A stretch of 64,000 nt of DNA from Phyllobates terribilis (GCF_046119375.1 NW_027362769.1:370574001-370638000), one strand, 5' to 3'. Numbered from the stretch's first letter, positions 52,701 to 62,000 are shown. Notes: generated by a model from the letters alone, not told the origin. Program-made: numbers and translations.

Positions 52701-53412
52701 AAAGCACACTTGGCCCGGTTTTTGGCTGCAGGTTTCAAGTGATTGCGGTTTACCTGAAAAATTGGAACCTACATCGGTGCCTCGAACACCAGCCTGTTCT
52801 CCTCACCTCTCCACCCGCCTCTCATCACTTTTCTTTTCTACGTCTCTTCCAGAAACTGTTCCGGGCCATGATGCTGCCGCAGTTTGTCAGTGTTTTACTT
52901 CAGGTTCTTATCCACAAGTCCCATGATCTTCTTCAGGAGGAAATAGGCATCGCTGTCTACAACATGGCATCTGTGGACTTCAGCACTTTCTTCTCTGCCT
53001 TCTTACCCGAATTCCTCGCCGGCTGCCAGGGCCTTGATAGCGGTCAGAAGAACGTCCTTGCCCGTAATTTTAAGATGGAAAGGGTGAGGGCTACAGATTA
53101 TGTCTACAGAATGGAAAAAAAACAAAAACAAAATCATTGATTCTTAAAAGTGATGATCTTTGTTCTTCAGGAGCGCGGCGCTCCCCTGCCTCTCAGCTTC
53201 CTGCTTGCCGGGGGAGGCGTGCGCTCCTGATGATTGACTGTTCAGACCAGTGGCCTGAACACTGATGACCCCAAGAAATAAACCCCCCACTGTCTTCTCT
53301 CTCCTTCTAGGACCTGCCTTCGTTTACTCAGAGTGTTCATCGCTTGGTGAATGACCTCCGGTATTACCGACTCTGCAACGACAGCCTCCCCCCAGGAACT
53401 GTGAAACTGTGA
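31808..53412 (+). CDS. XPO6: Exportin-6 (importin-beta family actin/profilin nuclear export receptor), spliced CDS of 24 exons, 3423 nt, 1140 aa
   Basis: Manual splicing of 24 GT-AG-bounded exons gives an uninterrupted frame from MASEEASLRALESLMSEFFH to RYYRLCNDSLPPGTVKL*, matching recalled human XPO6. Exon sizes and phases match human except exon 7 (+48 nt) and exon 17 (-3 nt). Confidence 0.97.
32198..32552. mobile_element. T2/Kolobok-type MITE in XPO6 intron 1
   Basis: TTAA|AGGGGTTGTCC ... ACAACCCCT|TTAA; internal inverted GAGCTTTACTCA / TGAGTAAAGCTC. Confidence 0.8.
33438..33528 (+). CDS. XPO6: XPO6 exon 2 (91 nt)
   Basis: ttcccag|GCATCC...GAGATCG|gtgaga; ASEEASLRALESLMSEFFHTSTSNDRKREI. 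Confidence 0.96.
35146..35258 (+). CDS. XPO6: XPO6 exon 3 (113 nt)
   Basis: cacag|AGGCG...TTTGAG|gtgaga; EALLNNFAQQLGAWRFCFYFLSSSHNDYVLMYSLSVFE. Confidence 0.96.
35311..35893. mobile_element. T2/Kolobok-type MITE in intron 3 with an internal duplication of about 230 bp
   Basis: TTAA|AGGGGTTTTCCAGGACT ... AGTCCTGGACAACCCCT|TTAA; CAGAGGTCCAGCACCCC occurs twice. Confidence 0.8.
36110..36307 (+). CDS. XPO6: XPO6 exon 4 (198 nt)
   Basis: tacag|AACCTA...CTACAG|gtgagg; NLINKMWLGVPSEEKMEIR...DWPMFYHDFFTNILQ. Confidence 0.97.
36560..36719 (+). CDS. XPO6: XPO6 exon 5 (160 nt)
   Basis: tgtag|CTTATC...CTGACAG|gtagga; LIQTPSTTPLGLIMLKTASEELACPREDLSVARKEELRKLLLEQVPTVLGLLT. Confidence 0.96.
37249..37399 (+). 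mobile_element. 5'-truncated 3' end (about 150 bp) of the same L2 family as 59025-62648
   Basis: CTCATAGACTGTAAGCT...AAAGTGCTGCGGAATATGTTGGCGCTATAAAAATAA(ATT)n closely matches 62495-62648. Confidence 0.9.
37752..37829 (+). CDS. XPO6: XPO6 exon 6 (78 nt)
   Basis: tctag|GAGTT...GATGCCG|gtaagt; GVLESIWDKHSVTAATPPPSPTASDA. Confidence 0.96.
40866..41330. repeat. 34-bp pyrimidine-rich minisatellite (CTGACCGGTCTCTTTCTCTTCTCTTCCCTGCCCG)n, about 14 copies, intron 6
   Basis: Direct periodicity. Confidence 0.97.
42083..42584 (+). CDS. XPO6: XPO6 exon 7 (502 nt)
   Basis: ccttag|ACGAC...GACGAGAG|gtaagg; DLLSNLVRTP...LALECLSHLFSWIPLSASITPSLLTTIFHFAR...RSRLEELDES. Confidence 0.96.
42900..43290. repeat. 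G-rich degenerate repeat (GGGTGGGTTGTCTGCCGCCGGGGAATGGCGTCGGGGCG), intron 7
   Basis: Recurrent TGTCTGCCGCCGGGG units plus G11-G13 runs. Confidence 0.85.
43814..43940 (+). CDS. XPO6: XPO6 exon 8 (127 nt)
   Basis: ttacag|TTATG...CACCAG|gtaacg; YVEKFTDFLRLFVSVHLRRIESNAQFPVVEFLALLFKYTFHQ. Confidence 0.97.
44171..44280 (+). CDS. XPO6: XPO6 exon 9 (110 nt)
   Basis: ctgcag|CCGACA...GGGCAG|gtaagg; PTHEGYLSCLDIWALFLDYLTNKIRNRLEDRETVMG. Confidence 0.96.
44388..44496 (+). CDS. XPO6: XPO6 exon 10 (109 nt)
   Basis: tcgtag|GTACG...GACGAC|gtacgt; YEDALVLLLTEVLNRIQFRYNQTQLEELDDETLDDD. Confidence 0.96.
44666..44758 (+). CDS. XPO6: XPO6 exon 11 (93 nt)
   Basis: ttacag|CAGCAG...ACTTTG|gtaaat; QQTEWQRYLRHSLEVVAKIMELLPTHAFSTL. 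Confidence 0.95.
44822..45232. repeat. 86-bp tandem repeat, about 4.5 copies, intron 11
   Basis: TCCTGTATTATACTCCAGAGCTGCACTCACTATTCTGCTGGTGCAGTCACTGTGTACATACATTACATTACTGATCCTGAGTTACA periodicity. Confidence 0.95.
45971..46040 (+). CDS. XPO6: XPO6 exon 12 (70 nt)
   Basis: ttgcag|TTCGCT...GGGCAG|gtatgt; FAALQENLDVYLGLQRCIVNTGA. Confidence 0.95.
46584..46743 (+). CDS. XPO6: XPO6 exon 13 (160 nt)
   Basis: ttacag|AACAG...GGAAAG|gtaatt; QRLNVTAENDCRRLHCSLRDLSSLLQAVGRLAEYFIGDVFEARFNDALTVVE. Confidence 0.97.
46771..47052. mobile_element. T2/Kolobok-type MITE in intron 13
   Basis: TTAA|AGGGGATGTCCACTA ... TAGTGGACAACCCCT|TTAA. Confidence 0.8.
47131..47223 (+). CDS. XPO6: XPO6 exon 14 (93 nt)
   Basis: caccag|ATTGG...GGATGT|gtgagt; LVKVTLYGSEIKPYNMETAVPSVLKPDLVD. 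Confidence 0.96.
47388..47532 (+). CDS. XPO6: XPO6 exon 15 (145 nt)
   Basis: tggcag|CCATG...ACAAAG|gtgagc; HAQSLAALQAYSHWLARFYSEVQHQNPQQFVSIISSAMEALPPLISTK. Confidence 0.96.
47731..47877 (+). CDS. XPO6: XPO6 exon 16 (147 nt)
   Basis: ttctag|GTACAA...GAGGAG|gtgagc; VQEKLLLSACHLLVSVATTVRPVFLINIPAVQKVFSRVTDSSAQRLPEE. Confidence 0.96.
47881..48088. repeat. 30-bp minisatellite (TGCTTTCTCATTCGTGCTCGCTGCACCCGG)x7 abutting the exon 16 donor
   Basis: Near-perfect tandem copies. Confidence 0.97.
48736..48922 (+). CDS. XPO6: XPO6 exon 17 (187 nt)
   Basis: ctgcag|GCTCAG...GAAGCCA|gtgagt; AQVLLCRALSNVLLLPWPNVPEGEQQW...QRKGQLEA. Confidence 0.96.
49042..49197 (+). CDS. XPO6: XPO6 exon 18 (156 nt)
   Basis: ccgtag|CCAAG...CAGTCAG|gtatgt; KRVICQTLGVLKDIVENISGEGTKSRQICYQSMQESAQLSLALFPAYIHQS. 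Confidence 0.96.
49738..49816. mobile_element. pogo/Tigger-like MITE end (short hairpin)
   Basis: TTCGGACTATAAGACGCAC ... GTGCGTCTTATAGTCCGAAAAATACGG|TA. Confidence 0.55.
50195..50309 (+). CDS. XPO6: XPO6 exon 19 (115 nt)
   Basis: gcttag|ATGTG...TTTACCAG|gtaact; DVTEEMLSFFLALFQGLRVQMGVPFTEQIIQTFLNMFTR. Confidence 0.97.
50389..50560 (+). CDS. XPO6: XPO6 exon 20 (172 nt)
   Basis: ccacag|GGAGC...GCAGAG|gtgaga; EQLAESILQEGSAGCHVVEKFLKILQVVVQEPGPAFKPFLPSILSLCMEQLYPIIAE. Confidence 0.97.
50642..50803 (+). CDS. XPO6: XPO6 exon 21 (162 nt)
   Basis: Perfect TACTAAC branch point at 50620-50626; atgcag|CGTCCG...ATGCAG|gtcagt; RPSPDVKAELFELLFQLLHHNWRYFYR...QFVGVMQ. Confidence 0.97.
50866..51586. mobile_element. 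Probable piggyBac-like non-autonomous element in intron 21
   Basis: TTAA-flanked ends (TTAATTCCTTTCC ... GGGAAGGGGTTAA) with an A-rich interior. Confidence 0.4.
51701..51799 (+). CDS. XPO6: XPO6 exon 22 (99 nt)
   Basis: ctgcag|GCATTT...CATAAG|gtgaga; AFGQSFLQPDIHLFKQNLGYLETLNSKHKLYHK. Confidence 0.97.
51918..52138. repeat. 19-bp minisatellite (GAGATGACGATTGTCGGGT)n, about 11.5 copies, intron 22
   Basis: Direct periodicity. Confidence 0.97.
52853..53083 (+). CDS. XPO6: XPO6 exon 23 (231 nt)
   Basis: ttccag|AAACTG...GAAAGG|gtgagg; KLFRAMMLPQFVSVLLQVLIHKSHDLLQEEIGIAVYNMASVDF...ARNFKMER. Confidence 0.97.
53311..53412 (+). CDS. XPO6: XPO6 exon 24 coding part (102 nt incl. TGA)
   Basis: ttctag|GACCTG...AAACTGTGA; DLPSFTQSVHRLVNDLRYYRLCNDSLPPGTVKL*. 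Confidence 0.97.
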   Translation, partial: DLPSFTQSVHRLVNDLRYYRLCNDSLPPGTVKL

Positions 53413-53950
53413 CAGAACCGCACCACCACCTTTTACCCCCCCCCCCCCCAAACCCAAATCTTGCATCAATAGTCTTAACTCACCTGCTACAGATGTGAAT
53501 CTTTGCTCCTCCACTCATCCCGTATATATTTCTGTTCATATATATATATTATTTTTTTTTTTAATGAAAAGATTTTAGCACTTTCTCTCTGCGAGACTTC
53601 AGTGCCTCCCCTGTTTACGCCAATTTAATCCCTTTGTTTAAAGGGTTCTTATAAATCCCTCTGGTAGCTCAGGGGTTAAGTAAACGCTCCCTTGTTTTTT
53701 AGCTGTAAAAAAAAAAAAAAAAGTCGACTTCACAAAGCTTCAATACCATTCCCTGATCCCGGAGAATGTGGGTGACAGTCGCCCATTATGGACACTGGCG
53801 TCTGGATTTTAAGCCCGTAAAGGCCACTTATTTGCCCCCCGGTCATTTGGGGGTACACTTACTTTATTAAGTATTGTTTTATATAATTTTTTTTTTTTCT
53901 TGTGTGTTTTTTGTTATCATTCCATTGTGAAATTGCAGTCGCTTCTTGCG

Positions 53951-53956
53951 AATAAA
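53951..53956 (+). terminator. XPO6 polyadenylation signal AATAAA
   Basis: First canonical hexamer seen about 540 nt after the stop codon, followed by GT-rich sequence (ggtggttgtgttct). Confidence 0.7.
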
Positions 53957-54321
53957 ACGAATGCCTTGTTTAATTCCTGCGGTGGTTGTGTTCTAGCATT
54001 TAGATAGAGGGGCCGGGGTTTGTGTCAAGACATTGCTTATTAAGAAGCCTCCGACATTACGGTTCTGTGAACTACTTGTATTATTCATGGGGAAAAAAAA
54101 CTATTCTGCAACATTTTTTTTTCCCTACAACTCTACATTGTGCTCTTCCTCTGCTGTGCCTCCTGGAAATGTTATTTCCCTTGGGTTGTGTTCCTAAGTA
54201 CTGTTCACTGAGGGATGGCGATTTAAGAAATGTCTTGTTGAACTGGAGAATGGTAATGCCCAGTTGTTAATTTATTCATGCATTTCCATGAGGAATAACC
54301 GAGAAAAAGAACAACCTGAAA

Positions 54322-54340
54322 TTGCCACTAGAGGGCGCAG
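54322..54340 (+). promoter_or_regulatory. Candidate CTCF site downstream of XPO6
   Basis: TTGCCACTAGAGGGCGCAG matches the CTCF core CCASYAGRKGGCR without mismatch. Confidence 0.55.
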
Positions 54341-54723
54341 TGGTCATCACGTGCCGGTAGGACTAATCCTGCCAATCGGCTGATCTCTTGGGAGGGTCCT
54401 ACAAGCAAAAATGGGATTCTGGAGAAGCCAATTGTTTCCTGCTTCGTTCTCGCTACTGTGTAATCTTCTGGGAAGTCTTCAATGTTTTTGTTGTTTTTTT
54501 GTTTTGCTCCCCCTCCTCATTATAGAACTTCCTCCTAATTGCTAAAATGTCATGTCGGGTTGTAGCATTCATCCATTTATCCCCCCTCCTGGGACCTCTG
54601 ATCCACAGAGCACTTGGATGCAATCATAAAGCCTGCGCCACGTTAGACCTCCGGGTTTTTCTGTGATCTGCTTTCTTACACACTGATGACAGACGTAGAT
54701 TGCTCAGTCCATGAATAGAAATG

Positions 54724-55667
54724 CTTAAATGCTGTCCCGTGCAAGTCCGAGAAAGCGCAGAGGCTCTACAGACACATAGTGTACAGCTGAGAACATACCT
54801 ACTGCAAGAGAAGTAAAAAGGGGAATATACTCTGCCAGAGGGAGAAGGAGACTGATCCCTACCCTGTATCCTTCACCTAGGAGCACGCTTAAGTGCTGTG
54901 CTGTGTAAGTATGAGAAAGAGCAGAGACTCTACAGACGCATGGTATGCAGCTAAGAACATGCCTTCTGCAAGAGAACTAAAAAGGGGAATATATTCTGCC
55001 AGAATAACAGAGGGGGAAGGAGACTGATACGACTGATCCCTGCCCTGTATCCTTCACCCAGGGGAAGGAGACTGATCCCTGCCCTGTATCCTTCACCCAG
55101 GGGAAGGAGACTGATCCCTGCCCTGTATCCTTCACCCAGGGGAAGGAGACTGATCCCTGCCCTGTATCCTTCACCCAGGGGAAGGAGACTGATCCCTGCC
55201 CTGTATCCTTCACCCAGGGGAAGGAGACTGATCCCTGCCCTGTATCCTTCACCCAGGGGAAGGAGACTGATCCCTGCCCTGTATCCTTCACCCAGGGGAA
55301 GGTGACTGATCCCTGCCCTGTATCCTTCACCCAGGGGAAGGTGACTGATCCCTGCCCTGTATCCTTCACCCAGGGGAAGGTGACTGATCCCTGCCCTGTA
55401 TCCTTCACCCAGGGGAAGGAGACTGATCCCTGCCCTGTATCCTTCACCCAGGGGAAGGAGACTGATCCCTGCCCTGTATCCTTCACCGCGCAGCACACTT
55501 AAATGCTGTGCCATGGAAGTCCGAGAGAGAACAGAGGCTCTACTGACCCATTGTATACAGCTGAGAACATACCTTCTGCAAGAGAAGTAAAAAGGGGAAT
55601 ATATTGTGCCAGAATGCCAGAGGGGGAAGGACACTGATCCTGTCCTTATTCTTCACCTAGCAGCACG
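54724..55667. repeat. Triplicated unit of about 165 bp whose middle copy contains a 39-bp array (about 55035-55485, about 11.5 copies)
   Basis: CTTAA.TGCTGT starts at 54724, 54888 and 55498; 39-mer CTGATCCCTGCCCTGTATCCTTCACCCAGGGGAAGGAGA. Confidence 0.93.
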
Positions 55668-56703
55668 CAGCCAAACCATGTGAAAAACTTTGTGGGGGGG
55701 GGGGGATTTATGCACTGTATTTAATGTCACCTTTTTTTTTTTTTTTTTTTTTTTTACAACAAGCTGTATAAATTATTTAATTGAGCTGGGCTGGGCCTGG
55801 CGGGGCTGGTGTACTTACTGTGAAAATTTCATCCAAGAATCGCTTTATAATTCTAATATTAAAATTAGCACTTTTGAGCCTCTCGTCCATTTCATTGTGC
55901 ATTTTATGCAGAAGAAGAGGATGTTCTGTCTGCTGGTGGACGGCAGCGACCGATTCATTTAAAAAGCTTTTATTGCAGTTGTGGCAACTCTATCAGGTGA
56001 GCTACATTTCACCCAAACCTTGCGTAGCCTACTACCCTATGGATAGTTTGTCTCTTTATTTCTTTTACACATGTGATTTTTGACTCATGTTGTCTCTTTT
56101 CGGAGGGAGGGTCTCTGGTGATCTGAAGCTCAAGTGGAAGGTTCCTTGATGGGTTACCTCTGGTTTCACCCTCTAACACTGGTCACTTTTTGTGTTTCCT
56201 TCTTACAACATAAATGTAATATTCCCAATAAGATCAAAGTTTTCTTAGATCTTTTTTGCTTTAAGTTCCTTACTAGGACACGACTTCCTGGAATAAGTTC
56301 TGCTTCGTGACTCTTGTGATCACCGGGTTCTTTGCTTTTGCCTCCAGGTTTGTTTGCTGTTTTGGAGGCAGTTCTCTAGTCTTCTGCTCCTTACCTAGGA
56401 GACCAGCAGCCACTGATGGACTGCAGAGGTAATTGATAACCTAGGCTATGGGAGGTACACAATAAAATTACAAATTCTCTGAATAAGATTACAAATTTCA
56501 AAGTTGCTTATTTTTTTTAAACATTTTGCAGTTTTACATATGAAATAACTTGAGAATAACCCTTTAGATATTTTGCCAGCAGTAATTCTAGCAGGGGTTT
56601 TATTTTTGTGGTAGCACAAGCTTGTGCAAATCTTGTAAATTGATCCATTCCAACAAGGATGTACTCATAACCACAGTTATACTTTTCCACATGCAAAAAA
56701 AGT

Positions 56704-56996
56704 AAATGGATATCATTTCTAAAGGATGCTGTTCATTGGTGCACTAGATGGTTGGTTGAGATGTTTATCCTTGATACAAATGGATACCATTTCTAAAGGA
56801 TGCTGTTCAGTGGTGCACTAGATGGTTGGTTGGGATGTTTATCCTTGATACAAATGGATACCATTTCTAAAGGATGCTGTTCAGTGGTGCACTAGATGGT
56901 TGGTTGGGATGTTTATCCTTGATACAAGTGGATACCATTTCTAAAGGATGTTCGATGGTGCTCTAGTTGGTTGGTTGGGATGTTTATGCTTGATAC
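56704..56996. repeat. 74-bp tandem repeat x4
   Basis: AARTGGATAYCATTTCTAAAGGATG at 56704, 56778, 56852 and 56926. Confidence 0.95.
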
Positions 56997-57129
56997 TTTT
57001 GCATTCTCTGTGACCTAATGTTCAATATTCTTCTGCGTATATGGCCAGAAGAATGTTCTATGACAGGATTGATAGTGTTTGGTTTTTTTTACTCCCAAAA
57101 CCGACAAAAGGCAAAATGGCAAAGTGGGA

Positions 57130-57684
57130 GTTAATATAGGACATCGCCAAAGCCTTCCTAGGATGCATCGCAATGAAGGAAATATGAGCTGTCGAAATCT
57201 AGATACGCCATTACTGATGGCTGAACCAAAGAATCAATCAATGTATTCCTTGATGAGTATCCTAATTGATGGGCTGTTGAGCAGGATGTTGACCTTTTTG
57301 TCTTTCCGTTTTGATCTGGCTCCCTTTTTTTCCCCCTTTTCTGTGGTTGATCCTGCTGAATTTGGTCATACAGTGGAGGAGAAATCCAAGAAAAATTCTG
57401 AACACGTGCTATTTTAGGACTAAGGCATTTGCTTTACAAACCTAAAACTGGTGCAATATCTCCTGGATCCATTGAACAACCATCACTGGACACAATCTCT
57501 TACCTAGGAACCAAACTTATTTTAGGATTCTCCATGCTGTTGGTGATGGTGAAGTATGGTCCACCTTTCATTGAAGGACTTGCTACGAACCAAGTTGTCA
57601 TCAAGATGTGGTTGGCAAATATAATCCCTCAGTCCTTCAAGACATTCTTCCATGTTCTTCTGGAGTTTTGCTTCATTTGTAAGG
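57130..57684 (-). mobile_element. Degenerate Ty3/Gypsy pol fragment (RT to RNase H)
   Basis: Minus strand reads MEECLEGLRDYICQPHLDDNLV (YLDD-like, 57597-57608) and PSVMAYLDFDSSYFLHCDAS*EGFGDVLY; contains stops and frameshifts. Confidence 0.75.
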
Positions 57685-58214
57685 TTACGTTCACACATCT
57701 GTGTCTATTTTTACTTTTTACATCCATGTAAAAAAAAGAGCATTTTTTTTTTTACATAACTGAAGAAGGTAAACTGAACTTTTTTTTTTTTTTTTATCCA
57801 TTCTCTTAATGAATTACTTAAACAGAGATGGAAAACTAATGTAAAAAAAACCAGCACTTGGACATGTCCAAACAAAGGATGTGTGAATGCAGCCTAAGGC
57901 TATGTGCACACAGACTTTTTTTCTTTTAGGTCAGTTTTCAGACATTCTTCCTTTGGGAAGTTGTTTTGAAAAGCTTTTCGTTTCCTGGAATTGCTTTGAG
58001 GAGTTTTTTCAAGCGTTTTTTTTTTTTAAGCCTTTTAATTGGACATCACCTTTTTTGGAGTATGTTCCATCAGGAGCGACTCCTTGAGAAGTTATGCGGG
58101 GGCATTTATGCATATAGCATTTATGCATACTTTATCGAAGTGCCATAATTTAGCAAAGTGCCCTGGCAGTTAGAAAATGGCATTGCTAATATTCATCTTT
58201 CTTCTCTTCTTACA

Positions 58215-58735
58215 GGTATATATTTTTCACTGCTTGTGTGATCTGTCCTGAAAACTGCATTATATCTCCATGCAATGCTCTGCAGCCTATCAATTTCTGG
58301 TATATATTTTTCACTGCTTGTGTGATCTGTCCTGAAAACTGCATTATATCTCCATGCAATGCTCTGCAGCCTATCAATTTCTGGTATATATTTTTCACTG
58401 CTTGTGTGATCTGTCCTGAAAACTGCATTATATCTCCATGCAATGCTCTGCAGCCTATCAATTTCTGGTATATATTTTTCACTGCTTGTGTGATCTGTCC
58501 TGAAAACTGCATTATATCTCCATGCAATGCTCTGCAGCCTATCAATTTCTGGTATATATTTTTCACTGCTTGTGTGATCTGTCCTGAAAACTGCATTATA
58601 TCTCCATGCAATGCTCTGCAGCCTATCAATTTCTGGTATATATTTTTCACTGCTTGTGTGATCTGTCCTGAAAACTGCATTATATCTCCATGCAATGCTC
58701 TGCAGCCTCTCAATTTCTGGTATATATTTTTTCAC
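58215..58735. repeat. 84-bp tandem repeat, about 6.2 copies
   Basis: GGTATATATTTTTCAC recurs every 84 bp from 58215 to 58719. Confidence 0.97.
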
Positions 58736-59024
58736 TCCTCTAGCTTTTTTATTCCATGATACTTAAAGGTCATCACACTTACTTTAAGAGTTTATGATCC
58801 ATGCCGAGTTTACTAGTCTGTTTTTTTTTTTTTCCCTGCACTTTATGGTCTCCTGTTGTCTTTTAAGCTAGTGATTGATTGTTAATGAGTTAAATCTGTG
58901 CAGATCTAAGCAGATACGTCCCTATATATTGAGACTTAGTTAAGGGGAGGCATTTATGCATATAGCATTTATGCATACTTTATCGAAGTGCCATAATTTA
59001 GCAAAGTGCCCTGGCAGTTAGAAA

Positions 59025-62000
59025 ATGGCAGTTGGACAGGGCAGGAGACAGGTAAGACATGCAAGACAATTAAACAAACTTGCTTCCAGGTCATCTTTTT
59101 GGCAAACAGTATTCACCATTTGTATCTGTGCCATTTATACTCTGGTTGCTACAATCATCCACATTCACCGTTCTCCCACAAATGCGGCACACTTCATCCA
59201 TATTAATCCCTCACTCCTCTCTTCTCCTATGTACAGTTGTCATGCTCTCTTCACAATGTTATACCACGCAGATCCATTCATTCCCACCATACAACGCAGG
59301 AAACGCTCTCACAAATCACTCAATCATCTGCTCACTCTCTGTATCTTCCTTCTATTAGTCGCAGGTGATATTTCTCCCAACCCAGGACCCTCCAGTAATA
59401 ATAACACTAACTCTTTCCCTGTTACATTCAGAAACCCTGCTAATCTCATTAATATTCCCTGCATATCTTCTGTCTCATTCAACTGTGCCCTTTGGAATGC
59501 ACGCTCAGCTTGTAATAAACTCTCTTACATCCATGACTTTTTCCTCTCTAATTCCCTCAACCTTCTGGCTCTCACTGAAACCTGGATCCAGCAGTCGGAC
59601 ACCACCGCCGCTGCAGCTCTCTCCTATGGTGGCCTACATTTCTCTCATACCCCGCGACCTGACAACAGATCAGGTGGAGGTGTTGGTCTGCTTCTTTCAA
59701 CAAAATGTACTTTTCAGGTTATCCCCCCTGTACCCTCCCTTATCTTCCCATCCTTTGAGGCCCACACAGTCAGACTCTACTGGCCCTTCTCCCTGCGAGT
59801 GGCGGTTGTCTATCGCCCCCCAGGTCCCCCCCGTCAATTCCTGGATCACTTTGCTGCCTGGCTTACAAATTTTCTATCCTGCGACATCCCCACGATAATC
59901 ATGGGAGACTTTAACATCCCAATTGGCGATCCTCTTTCCCCATCTGCCACGCATCTTTTATCATTAACCTCCTCCTTCGGCCTCTCACAGCTTGCTAATT
60001 CTCCTACACATGAGGACGGGAACACATTGGACCTGATCTTCTCCCGGCTTTGCTCAGTACATGACTTTACTAACTCTCCCCTTCCACTCTCTGACCATAA
60101 TCTTCTTTCATTCTCTGTCAAGAACTGTGACTCTACTCAAGACACTCCCACCGTCCACACTTATAGAAATTTACGCGCCATTAACACCCAGAAATTTATA
60201 AAAAGGTTGCAATCATCATTGGCCCCAATCTCCTCCCTCTCATGTCCCGAATCTGCATTGAAGCATTATAACAAAATAATGCTATGCGCCCTGGATGAAG
60301 CCGCACCTCCTACACAAAGAACAATTCGGCATAGACGGCGACAACCCTGGCACACGCCTCAAACACGTCTTCTCCAGAGGTACTCCAGGTGCGCTGAACG
60401 GCTGTGGAGAAAATCAAATCTGCCCGAAGATTTCCTCCACTATAAATTTATGCTGAAAACATATAACTCTGCCCTTCACCTCTCCAAACAAACCTACTTT
60501 AACAACCTCATCATCTCACTTTCCAATAATCCTAAACGACTCTTTGACACGTTTCATTCTCTCCTCAATCAAACAGCACAGGCCCCGACCACCGACCTCA
60601 GCGCTGACGATCTGGCTAACTATTTCAAAGAAAAAAATTGACCATATCCGACAGGAAATTTTCTCCCAATCCCCAAATGTTATGCATGCTCCCCCCCGCC
60701 ACATTGTATCTTGCTCATTTTCTGACTTCGAACCAGTCACGGAAGATGAAGTGATCAGGCTCCTTGCATCTTCTCGCCCTACCACCTGCACCAGCGACCC
60801 TATTCCCTCACATCTCCTTCAGTCCCTTGCTCCAGCTGTCACCTCTCACCTAACTAAAATTTTCAACCTTTCCCTCTCATCTGGTATCTTTCCCTCTTCT
60901 TTTAAACACGCCAGCATACAACCATTACTTAAAAAACCATCCCTCGACCAGAACTGCACGGCCAACTACAGACCTGTTTCCAATCTTCCCTTTATCTCTA
61001 AACTCCTGGAACGCCTGGTCCACTCCCGTCTAATCCGCTATCTCTCAGACAACTCTCTTCTTGACCCTTTACAATCTGGTTTCCGCTCTTTACATTCTAC
61101 TGAAACTGCCCTCACTAAAGTCTCTAATGATCTACTAACAGCTAAATCTAATGGTCACTACTCCCTGCTGATTCTCCTGGATCTCTCTGCAGCATTCGAC
61201 ACTGTGGATCACCAGTTCCTTCTCTCTATGCTCCGCACTATTGGCCTCAAGGACACGGTTCTCTCCTGGTTCTCCTCCTATCTCTCTGACCGCTCCTTCT
61301 CTGTGTCTTTTGCCGGCTCCTCCTCCTCCCTACTTCCTCTTACTGTCGGGGTTCCTCAAGGATCAGTCCTAGGCCCCCTTCTTTTCTCCTTATACACCGC
61401 TCCTATTGGACAAACAATCAGTAGATTCGGTTTTCAGTACCATCTCTATGCTGATGACACCCAATTATACACCTCTGCTCCGGACATCACCCCTGCATTA
61501 CTACAAAAGACCAGTGATTGTCTTTCTGCTGTGTCTAACATTATGTCCTCCCTCTACCTAAAACTGAATCTGTCAAAAACTGAACTCCTCGTCTTTCCTC
61601 CCTCCATTAATCTACCTGTGCCCGATATTGCCATCTCCGTTTGTGGCTCAACCATTACTCCCCAGCTACAAGCCCGCTGTCTTGGGGTCATTTTTGATTC
61701 AGATCTTTCTTTCACTCCTCACATCAAATCACTCGCTCGTTCATGTCATCTACACCTCAAAAACATCTCAAGAATCAGGACTTTTCTCACCTTTGACTCG
61801 GCAAAAACTCTTACTGTCGCTCTTATTCATTCTCGTCTTGACTATTGCAACGCTCTACTAATCGGTCTCCCTCTTACTAAACTCTCCCCTCTCCAATCCG
61901 TCCTGAACGCAGCAGCCAGGATCATATTCCTCGCCAACTGCTACTCAGATGCCTCTTCCCTGTGCCAGTCATTGCATTGGTTGCCCATCCAATATAGAGT

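Noticed and set aside
53150-53230. C/D snoRNA-like arrangement in the last intron (GTGATGA at 53150, CTGA at 53227)
   Set aside because: There is no canonical terminal stem, the D box is sequestered in a 10-bp hairpin (TCAGGAGCGC/GCGCTCCTGA) typical of MITE interiors, and no rRNA-complementary guide was recognised.
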